Below, in pieces: positions 1 to 12,033 of a stretch of 32,000 nucleotides of DNA. Location: positions 90,001-122,000 of the forward strand of contig NW_008806277.1 of assembly GCF_000400465.1 (NCBI RefSeq). The letters are read 5' to 3'. Source of the stretch: Wallemia ichthyophaga EXF-994. Its lineage: Eukaryota; Fungi; Basidiomycota. A program made the translations under genes and the position numbers. The notes beneath the pieces are model-generated. The model saw only the letters and a list, made by a program, of their open reading frames with translations. It had not been told where the DNA came from and made no database searches. The stretch's first letter is position 1; every line of letters starts with the position of its first letter.

Positions 1-73
1 TGTTCGTTTCCTCCTCATCCTCCTCTTCCTCCTCAGCGTTGTCTATTATTTTCTTCTCCTCGTCTGCTGACAT
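1..73 (-). CDS. 5' end of an unidentified gene running off the left edge; acidic N-terminus MSADEEKKIIDNAEEEEEDEEETN
   Basis: ATG at 73 preceded by CACCACCACCA on the minus strand; frame open to the window edge; 88 bp downstream of the PRP22 stop. Confidence 0.6.
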   Translation of the reverse strand, partial: MSADEEKKIIDNAEEEEEDEEETN

Positions 74-161
74 TGGTGGTGGTGGTGTAAGCGCAACTGA
101 ATCTTAAATTTTTATAACTAATATCAGCAATAAATACGAGTTTACAATACATGCAGCCATT

Positions 162-3100
162 TCATCCAAATGTCTGCGTCCCGCGCTGGGTCCTGAGTGT
201 TTTACTAGAGTTTGTTAGCGTGAGCGAATGGAAACGGCAACAAATTGACACACCTAATTCTCCAATCATCCTTGCCCTCAAATTTGTTGTAAAGCGGTTC
301 TACCTTCTCCTCCCTTTTTCGTTTACTAATCTTATTAGAATCTGCAGTCTTGAAGAACGTAGGCGCGACCTCAGTGAGCCACTTGGGCTCTATCGTGATT
401 ATCTCCCGCATATACTCCCTGCTAGTAAGAACGAGCTCGTGATATATAACCCACTCCGGGCTTCTGTTAAACAGCGAGCTAGATGGGTGTATAGCGACTG
501 GTGTCCCTTCCACAAGAGTCTTATATCCCTCCGTAGGATCCTTCTTGGCAGCGTGTCTAAAGAAACCGGCTGTGATCGCTCTGCGCACCCTGTTGTAATT
601 CTTTCCACAGCTAATCACCTCGTGATGGTATCTGTCCATGATCGCTACAAGCTGCTTGCGAACGTCTGCGGCACGCTTTATCGTTCGCGCCTGTATAAAG
701 TTCTCGAAACACCATGGATTACTAAACCGACTCGCTTCCCATCCGTTGTACACGGCAAGCAGTGTGAGGTGGTCGCCTTCGGGTTGATGGAATTTCGCTT
801 TCTTCGCGTCGGCTTGTTGTTGCTTTTCTTTCGGACGGTAAAACACATTTTGAGCTTCGAGCATCGCAACGATAGTTAGTATTTCTTTGCTGCATTCCAA
901 GTCTACACTCGCGATCAACATCTTAGCTCGACTAGGATCCATTGGGAAATCAGCCATTTTGCGACCGAGGCGAGTAAGCAATCCTTCGTCATCTAGAGCC
1001 GATAGCGCATAGAGATTTTCTAGAGCTGTTATCATAGTCTGTGCTGGTGGTGGATCCATGAAATCGAACCCAAGGAGATCGTTAATACCCATTGCCTTGA
1101 GTTGGAGAATAGTATGGGATAAGTTCTGACGTTGAATATCGGGCACAGTGTTAGGAAGCATCTCATTCCTAAATGCCGCCTCTGTGTATAGTCTGTAACA
1201 TTTTCCTGGTCCAGTACGACCTGCTCTACCCGCTCTCTGCCTAGCCTGGGCCTGTGAGATGGGTGTAACGACCAGACTGTCCATACCGAGACGAGGATCG
1301 TAAGCATTCTGCTTGACGAAACCAGGATCAACGACGTAGTAGATACCGTCTATTGTGATAGATGTCTCTGCAATGTTGGTAGCAATGACAACCTTACGTG
1401 CGCCTGGAGGAGCCGGTTCGAAAATTCTGCTTTGCATCTCGGAAGGCAACGATGAATACACCGGGAGAATAATAAGCTCGGGGACTTGATTACCTAGCGC
1501 TTTCATACGTTCGTATAAGATTTCAGCAGCTGTATCGATTTCTTCTTGACCAGTAAGGAATAAAAGTATGTCTCCAGGTGGTTCAGACAGATGGATCTGC
1601 ATCACCGTAATTAACGAGGCTTCCATGTAGTCAGATTCAGGTTCCTTAGTGTACATGATCTCGTAGGGGAATGTACGACCTGGAATAGTGAAGATAGGGC
1701 ACCCATTGAAGTATGTAGAGAACTTTTCGGCATCGAGTGTTGCAGATGTGACGATAAATTTGAGATCAGGACGGCGTTTCATTGTTTCTGTATCTTGTTA
1801 GGTAATTTATTAAGAAGATAAAAATACTCACTCTTGAGCAAACCGAACAGGACATCGGTGGCGATAGTGCGTTCGTGAGCTTCGTCGAGAATAATGACAG
1901 AATAATTTCTCATATCAGGATCGACAAGACACTCCCTCTGGAGCATACCATCAGTCATGTACTTGATTCGCGTCTCAGGACCAGTGCAATCTTCGAATCT
2001 GATAGTGTAGCCGACTTCTTGACCAAGACGACAACCAACTTCCTCCGCTACTCTCTTACTAACGCTCATTGCAGCTACACGTCTTGGTTGGGTACAGCCA
2101 ATCTTACCGTACTCAGCGAAGCCTTCTTCTGCAAGATACTGAGTCATTTGGGTGGTCTTACCTGATCCAGTATCACCAACGACGACGAGTACTTGATTGT
2201 CTCTTACAGCCTGTACCAGCTGCTCCCTCAGCTTATATATTGGCAGCGAAGCTCTCTGTTCTTGGATAGTCTTGTCGGTAATTTTTCCGTATGTAGTTGC
2301 TTTGTTGAACGTTTTGGCCTTCCAGGCAGGTGCGGCAGACGCCTTAACGTTTTGGTCTTGAGCAAATTGCCTATCGCTTGGCTGTGCAAGCGGATCTTGC
2401 CATGCGGATTTGATGTCGTTTTGCTCCGAGTCTTTCTCTTCTTGAGCATCTTGTTGACGAATTTCTCTACGCTCTTTGGCCAAACCAGCGCCTGAGACGG
2501 CGGCTCTGTTCATGGATCCATCTGGAGCCTTGACGATACGCACGGGAGAAAGATCCAAACTAATCTTTGTCTGACCCTTTAAGAAGGAAGGTTCAACGTC
2601 GCGGACTTCGATGTCAACATCTTCGTCTAATTTATTTTGATTGCTACGAATGTTCATAGGGGCATCAAAATCGCGGTCAAGATCTGGGTAATCTGAGGGT
2701 TTTGCGGCGCCAGAAGCGATCAGTTGCTTAATTTCCCAGCGTTCTGGGGAAGTGTAGCGTTTTACGGAACCTCTATAATGATCATCTGGGAAGTGAGCAG
2801 AATGAGTGGAGTGGGTGGAGTGTTTTGAAGATTTAGAAGGTTTTGAAGATCTAGATGAGGATCCTTTACTTGGAGCAAGATGAGGACTGAGGTCATGACC
2901 ATTTGATTGATCAGCGTCTTTTAACGATAAAGACAATCGGTGACCATCAATGGACATGACCTTGACGTAAACGAGCTGATTTCGTCTGAGAAAATCGCGT
3001 GGGTTATTAACTCTACTGTTTGACATTGCGGAAACGTGTACTAAGCCATCAATTCTACTGTTGAAACCGTTTAAGCTGATGAAAGCACCGAAATCTTTGA

Positions 3101-3706
3101 TTGAGTTGACGGTACCTTGGTATATAGAGTAAACTTGAGGAGAAGAGTGGGTAGGAGTCATAGTGGTTGTAGAGGGAGAAGGATCAGGCTGTATTCTAGG
3201 TTTACTAATCTTATCAAAGGAATTGCTATCCGTCCAGTCTTGGTTTGGCTGTGATAAACCTGGGAATACTCTTTGCTGGTCTGGATTTGATTGTGGTTTT
3301 GATTTTGATTTATACTTTGGATGCATGGTAATGATAAGCCTATCGATGGTATTTATCGCAGATTCAGGAAACGAAGCCCCCATTTCATTCAGTTTGCTCT
3401 TGAAAGAGGCCAAGTCTTTCGATTGCTCGTGTATGCTGAGTATGAATTCTGCTAGGACCTGTGGGGGTCGTTAGCGGTGTTTTTGGGAGATCAAGAGAGA
3501 TGGCTGAGTAGAATGGGAGATAATATGTAAGGGATACATCTCCGGGGAGTCCTTTGACGACTCCGTGGACGCCGGAGAGATGAAGGAAAAAGACGAGGCA
3601 GCCACCACAAAAGACCCACCTTATCTTTAATACCAGTATAATTAAACAGCTCTTTTGTAATTTTCTGATTTAGATTTATAATTTCAAGATTTTCTAATTC
3701 GTCCAT
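162..3706 (-). CDS. PRP22: Pre-mRNA splicing DEAH-box helicase Prp22/DHX8; exons 3706-3620, 3458-1832, 1787-254, 204-162
   Basis: MDELENLE N-terminus, S1 domain ([12 protein letters not shown]), [23 protein letters not shown]; ends ...TQTFG*. GT-AG introns with CTAAC-type branch points restore one frame across three ORFs. Confidence 0.97.
3537..3582 (-). other. Stem-loop inside the 161-nt PRP22 intron 1 (3619-3459)
   Basis: Minus strand CATCT(CT)CCGG...GGAGTC-GTCAAAG-GACTCC-CCGGAGATG: 9-bp outer stem with a 2-nt bulge and a 6-bp inner stem. Confidence 0.6.
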
Positions 3707-3744
3707 CTTGATGCAGCTCCTGATGGTTTTGAACAAGAATCGCG

Positions 3745-6264
3745 ATGGCAGAAAGAGTTAAGAATCGCTTAAAACAAAAAACACAAAAGAAGAAGGATTT
3801 TGATTTTTCATTTAACAGCCACAGCCACGGCGACGGCGACGGCGACGACGATCAAGGTGTCAATCACGGTGATGACGCTATTACGCTCCCGAACAAGATT
3901 GAGCATTTGATACACGTAGATGGCCATATGAGTGGTCTCCCGCCTTCCTGGGCCAATCAACTCGCTCAATTGGGCTACTTTGGTGATCTAGATACGCCTG
4001 CTATTAACCAGCATAAGCAGCGGGGGAGCACGCAGCAAAGAGGGCAGCCGAAAAGGCACACAGACCATACACAGCATCCAGGGCGCTCAGGGCACTCAGG
4101 AACCACAGTTCACTCCCGCCAATCCCATCTAAGCATCCCTCAGCTCAACATCGCAGACCAAGACGAGGATTGGTCGAAAGGTGTACTCAAAGCACTCGAG
4201 CGATCTTCACTGGATGACTTCAAAGCAGCTCCTTCCAGACGGTCGTCAGCCGTGAACGTCGAGTCGGGTAAATCCACTCAACTCCACCGCAGGCCAGCCA
4301 CCACAGACACCAACCAACCGCGATACACCGTCCCGCGCTCTTTCGCAGCAGCCCAAGACCAATACCTATCAAACATAGCTATCCGCAAGGAAATAGACGC
4401 CAGCCACGGCATAAACGAGCCACACGCCGCTGATGTTTACGGTGGTATGGAAGAGGAGATTCTCGACTCTCCCCGCGATGTTGATGATGTGGGCGATGTG
4501 GACGTCACTCATTGGGCAATCCCCAACAGCCCCTCTGCCCTCTCTTTCCAACTTTCCCCGCTCCAGATCGATAACCACACCTTTGAGCTGTCTGAAAGCA
4601 CGACAACGCCCCCGCTAATCCCGGCGCACCTGCGCAACTCCGCGAAGCAGGTCGAGACGCGCAAACGTTCGCGATCCTCTCTGATAGCGCTTGATAAGAG
4701 TCGACATGTCTCGACGCTGTCTACACCAGGCTCTGTCGATGGTGATGGTGATGGTGATAACAATATTACAGCGACGTACATGCACGACATGCATGCTGCA
4801 CCCAACCTCGACGACATCGTCCAAGACGATAGCAGCAGTAGTAGTAGTGATGCTATTCATGGGATTGGTGTCATTCCTGGTGATGGCTCTAGACCTAGCC
4901 ATGCTCACAGTCTTAGTGACGATAGTACATTCTCCATCCTCGACGGCGTGCGTGGTGTCGACAATTTCAATGACCCCGACAGTCCTGACAATCATGGTCT
5001 CGGTATCGACGTATATGGTTTGACTAGAGGTGCACAGAGTGAAATAAACACGTTGAGCGCGTTGAACGCGTCGAACGCATCAAGCACATCAAACATTTCG
5101 AGCACTTCAAGCACTTCGACAGCGCGAGTGGGAGCGGAAGAGTCCGTCGCTGATCAACCCATAGCGTTCGATATCCCGCACGCACACCAGTCCAATCTAC
5201 AACTTAATTCGACTGCCACCACTTCCAACTCCAAATCCCCGGCGGATCTATACAAGACATTATCTCAAGACACGGAAGCGGACACAAAATACGCGCTCAC
5301 CCACCTCGTTCCCCTCGCCTCAACAGGCAGCGCCACTGATGCGTACCCACCTGCACAGCGCACGCTGATAGCAACAGGTTTAAGTGGTGATGTGTATGCA
5401 AGTGGGTGCGGAATGCGAGCGCTAAAGGTAGTCCGACGCACCACCGAATCGACACGGCTGCTCAACCTGCAGAACGAGCTATCAATAGTGCGATCAGTGC
5501 CTCACGAAGCCATTTTGCCCATACTGGAACTGTACGTGGGGGAAACGCCTCCACATGCCACGCTCGTCATGCCGCTCATGGCGCGCTCTCTCACTGATAT
5601 CCTTGCTTTGATGGAACACGGGCTAGTGCTGAGTGGAGGTCAAATCGCGCGTGTCGTACAAGATATCCTCTCTGCCCTCGCCGCTCTACATGCCCATCCC
5701 GATCATATCCTCCATCGCGATGTGCGCTCTGACACCATCATGCTGGCGAGCGATGGCAGGAGCGTGCTTACGGATTTCGCTAGCGCCACCCGCTCCCCAG
5801 ATGAGCATGGGTGCTCTGTCGGTGATGTCATATCTGCTCCTTTCTGGCTAGCTCCGGAGTTGTGTGCTGATGGTGGTCGCTATACGCACAAAAGCGATGT
5901 ATGGTCATTAAGTGAGTGCTGAGGACTATTGGAAAGAATCAAAGCATCTTACTCCCTTCTTATAGTCGCAACTACACACGAAATGGTCACCGGATTGCCG
6001 CCATACGCTGAGTATGACGAGTTGGCCTTGTTTCGGAAACTCGCGGGCGGGTTGCCTGATTTGCCCAACGAGGCTTGCAGCTCAGTGAGCGGCTTCATAA
6101 CAAGGAATGCAGTCGTCGATCCAGTCGCTCGGCCGTCGGCGAGGCAATTACTCGATAATGACCCCTTGGTTGGTCATGATAGCCAGGCTAACGTCGCAAA
6201 TAGAGAAGATATTGCCAGCTTATTAGTGCTTGCTAACCAGCTCGAAAGTGAGCCAACCTCATGA
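3745..6264 (+). CDS. PAK/Ste20-like Ser/Thr kinase with CRIB domain and atypical catalytic motifs; exons 3745-5911, 5966-6264
   Basis: CRIB-like ITLPNKIEHLIHVD followed by GLPPSWANQL; kinase motifs ALK, NE, HRDVRSDT, TDFA, APFWLAPE, KSDVWSL; 54-nt GTGAGT...TAG intron joins to EMVTGLPPY. Confidence 0.85.
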
Positions 6265-6537
6265 GGTTTTTTGTTTCTTCCTTCTATCTCGGAATTTACA
6301 GATAAATAGTGGCTCTGGACGGGCACGCTTCTTGCACCTCGCTTTTCGCTTTCTCACAACTCATCACATACATTGGAAATACCCCCTCTCACACTTTGTA
6401 ATTGTAAAACAATCTTCGCTTTTGAGACACGTTAATTCATTTCGAAAAATCAGGGATATAAACAGAGTGGCTTGTTCAGATGGCTTTGTTTAATCAAACA
6501 TATCCAAACAGCTCCATCCAGGAGCACAACTGCCACC

Positions 6538-7596
6538 TCAGAGCAAGACAGCAATAACTGCAATCACAGCGATAGACCAAGCCGATACGAGTTGGAGAGT
6601 GGCAGCAGCCGAGTCGTCGTCCTGACTCTGGCCCTTGCTTCCTTCATCGCCCTCGTTGCTTGAAGTAGGAGTTGGCTGTTGAGCGGCATTCAAGCTGCTT
6701 TGCGTGCGGCAGTTAGACGAGGAAGGAGTCATCTGGGCCGAGCTAGGCGTAGCCGTATCTCCGATAGTGTAAACAGTCTGCTGGCCCTCCTGTGTAAGAG
6801 TGCCGGTGTATCTCTGGGCGAAACTAGAGAAGCTGTTATCGCCGTCGCCCGCTACGCTGAACATACCAGGAGGGTAAGCAGCGTCAGCGTCACAAGATTG
6901 GAAGACATCCTTCTGTTCGTAGTCGCCGGGCATGATAAACCCGCAACCCATTTCGTCCAGTTTATGTTCGCACATGGTGGCCGCATCCCATGTATCGTTG
7001 CCAGCCGTGCAGACACGCAAGCAGAACTGTTCGTAAGAGATGAACTCCATCCACTCGGCATAGTTCTCATCTGTGCCCGAGACATTCGACGTAACGTTGC
7101 CGCCGATGGGGTTGCCCTCGCCAGTGGCGCCGTGAGGATCGAGCTCACCGCCGTAGTCCGCATCCTGCAGACCGATCTTGGTGAGGTCGCCCCAGCCGAC
7201 TACCTGTACGTAGAAGGGGGTCGTGATGAAGTGCACGCCAGTGAACGTGCCGTCGGGAATCAGACGTGCGTCGTTGCGCGGTTGCGTGCACCACGCTACT
7301 TGCTCCCCTTCTGTGTCACCGATCGTCTTGTTGGCTTCTTTGGGCCCGAATATGCAGAAGTCCTGCGCGTGTCAGACAAGATTTTCACGCTTCAGCCTCA
7401 CTCAACTCACATCAATCGAGTTGACGGAGAGCAGTCGCGCGTTTGAGCCCGCATCGCCAGCTTTCATGGTGGGCGAGGGCGGGTTCGTGCTGCCCATAGT
7501 GCCCGTCGCGAGAACACCGTTCTGGGAGGAGTTGACGTCCTGTGCTGAGACGGCGGTGAGGGAGAGAGCAAGGAGAGCTGCTGAGAGATAGCGCAT
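6538..7596 (-). CDS. Secreted, probably GPI-anchored mannoprotein (Cryptococcus MP88 / 'macrophage-activating glycoprotein'-like); exons 7596-7411, 7362-6538
   Basis: Signal peptide MRYLSAALLALSLTAVSA; RLLSVNSIDDFC, VAWCTQPRNDARLIPDG, DYGGELDPHGATGEGNPIGG; Ser/Thr-rich linker and hydrophobic C-terminal tail; 48-nt intron. Family assignment is from recall. Confidence 0.8.
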
Positions 7597-8051
7597 GTTT
7601 ATAATAGAGTAAGAGAGACGAGAATCAAGTCAGTCAGACTCGATTGACATGCTCAGCTGCGGATCAGCACTACCCGCAGCTTAGTGAAAAAAAGGAAGAA
7701 AACTAAACAGAGTACGCTATTGTAGCGGTGTGGGTGGTGATGAGCTGATGCACAATGTCCTCATGGCCAGGTACACGATAAGGCGGACCCAGTCGAGAAG
7801 TGTCGAGAGCTGTCAGAGTGAGTGCCTAGTAGAGAGGGAGTGAGTGGATATTTATGTCAGTGCGACATTGTGTGTGCCAGTGCGTGCCGCTCTATGTCCG
7901 AACGCGTCTGGCTAGTAATCGACACAAGGTCTATTGAAATTGAAGGGTCACAGGCTAGAAACAACTGAGGGGAGAATTGTGGAAGGCTGCTGAGAAATTA
8001 CAAGCCAACGATGCTGGTAATTTACTTGGAAATACACCGAAAAATCTGCGA

Positions 8052-9474
8052 ATGGGCGATTTGAGGGACATTGCCATAGCAGCACCCCAAAAACGCGTAT
8101 GCGAATTGGATTTCGATTCAAAATGCAGCAACCATGATATTGGTCGTGAGTAAATTGGATTTGGTTGTAATTGGCAGCGAGGGACACAGGATACTCAGGG
8201 CTAAGAGGCATCGCACCGCTGGAGAGCTGTTCGCTGCGTTGGACGAGATACTGTGTACGGCCGACGTGGATTTGTTGTCTGTGGATGGCTACCAGGGCAA
8301 TCAGCTAGACGCCACGCTGTATTTCCCGTCCACGCCACTCCAGCACCACTCGCAGCTCCACAATGCAACATACCTCCGCCAGCGCTACAACAGCCACATT
8401 CGCATACAGCCCAACCTCGACAGGACAGCAGCCCACTTTACCGCTATATCCCCACCTACTAACTCCATACTCGTCGGGCTCGGCCACCACAACCACATCA
8501 TTTTCCAGATACCAAGACATACTACAGCGCGTCTGCCAAAATACACACACGTGCTCCCGCACCCTCTCAACCCCTCCCTCGCCCTGGCATACATTCAGAT
8601 ACGCGACCAGGGTCTCGCACGCTCCTCAATACGCGACGCATACAGCAACGGCAACTGGTCCACCTTCAACAGCCTCGTCAATATAGTCAACATTGGTGGA
8701 TCCGTCGGGCTGGATAACAAGCTGTTCAGTTTCTACTACCCCACGCCTCAAGCGACGCTATCGGGGAGGCTGCAGGGATACTATCGCTATGAGTTGGGCA
8801 CACCGACCAACGAATTTGCAGACCTCCGCGCTAACTCGCGCTGCATCGTCGAATCTCAATTCCTCACTATCAAGCGCTATATCGAGGCATTCGAGCGGAG
8901 CGGTGTGATTGGCCAGGGATGTGCGGTGTATTTGACGGGAGAGCCCACCCAGTCAGGCTCGCTGTGCTCAGCGATAGCCAACATACTCGCCAAGAAGATA
9001 TACCTCCCGCATTCGACCATGTGCGAAAAGAGCACGCAGCACACACTCACCCCGTTGCTTGGCATGGGGCTATATAGCTGGTATAATGTCTTTCAACCAT
9101 CCACAGCCCTCGAGGAGACAGTGAGGTTTAGGAGGAAATCGTATAACCACTCCATCCCCTCACCTACCTCCACTCCCCCACTTACACCCCTCCTCACGCC
9201 TCAGATTGGATATCTCAGCAACCGAAGAGAGAGCGAAAAGAGTAATCTGACGCCGGTCGCCGAGCAGTTTGAACTGCCTACTATCACACCCACCACTATA
9301 TCATTCGAACAGAGGTACCAATTCAGCAGCCTCACTCAGCTCGAATTTGACAACGATCCTTATATCAAACCAGACAGCGATCTTGGATTGATCTATGCTG
9401 CACTTTTATGCGAGCATGAGCGGCTGGAGGCCATCTCTGTGGGAAGCTATGCGAGGAATAGCTGGAATGTGTAG
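8052..9474 (+). CDS. Degenerate xylulokinase-like (FGGY / actin-like ATPase fold) protein; 5' end uncertain (ATG 8052 with an intron from GTGAGT near 8146, or ATG 8134)
   Basis: 446-codon ORF with blocks matching fungal xylulokinase (ALDEIL, RDAYSNGNWSTFNSLV, KLFSFYYP, RCIVESQFLTIK, VYLTG...AIANIL). Confidence 0.6.
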
Positions 9475-9583
9475 TAGGGGCTTCTGGGTGTCTTGGCATG
9501 TCTCACTTTGTTAATAGCTACAATATTATTTTATTCGTCATTAACTTGATCATGCATTCATTAAACATTTGCAGGCATAGCCC

Positions 9584-10046
9584 TCATTGTGTAGTCACCA
9601 CGGAATCCTTCTCAACAAACTCCACAGGCGACTCGCCCTCAAGTGTGCTAACCAGGTTTTGTGGAATGTGGCCAGTGAATGTCTTCATAATCCCATTGCT
9701 GGTGTAAGGGTGTGTCACTTTGCCGCCTAGAGTATATTAAAAATGACGTCATCAGACATGCACTACACACCAGTAGACTCAACCTGGCTGGCGTACTTGT
9801 GGATCTCGTCGTCGGTGGCTGTCTCCTTGAACATGACGATGTATCTGTCGTGTGATTCTGGGTTGTGTGAGTGAGTATGTGGCGTGGCGTATGCGGCCAG
9901 CACCCACCTGCGTTCATTCTGCTTATCTGCTCAGTCGATGGGATTACGATGTTGCGTGTCTGTGTGCTGTGTGTGTATGTGTACAATCCTCCCAGCGTCA
10001 AAGTAATTGTTACGAAAGCAACAGCTATTTTAGTCGAGAGGCGCAT
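9584..10046 (-). CDS. Peptidase inhibitor I9 (POIA1/PBI2-like); exons 10046 (or 9917)-9908, 9857-9771, 9726-9584
   Basis: Spliced product ...MNAESHDRYIVMFKETATDDEIHKYASQVESTGGKVTHPY...FTG...VEFVEKDSVVTTQ*; 50- and 44-nt GT-AG introns. Confidence 0.85.
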
Positions 10047-10104
10047 GACTGCTATTGATAACGAAAGGTACGCGTGAAATGAAATTACTTATTTCGAATG
10101 TATA

Positions 10105-10125
10105 GTGTATCGTGTATCGTGTATC
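10105..10125. repeat. (GTGTATC)3 tandem repeat between the GMC stop and the I9 start
   Basis: Three perfect 7-mers read directly. Confidence 0.85.
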
Positions 10126-10149
10126 GGGAATAATACACAGTAAACACTC

Positions 10150-11979
<1,830 letters not shown>

Positions 11980-12033
11980 TTATCATTATAGCCATACAAA
12001 TCTATGTATAAAGCGCTAAAGCTACTTGTACAT

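Noticed and set aside
151-879. 242-aa plus-strand ORF
   Set aside because: Antisense shadow of conserved PRP22 coding sequence; no recognisable motifs
6679-7446. 255-aa plus-strand ORF
   Set aside because: Antisense to the mannoprotein gene in a GC-rich, stop-poor region
9744-9751. TGACGTCA (CRE) palindrome
   Set aside because: Single occurrence inside a 44-nt intron; no evidence of function
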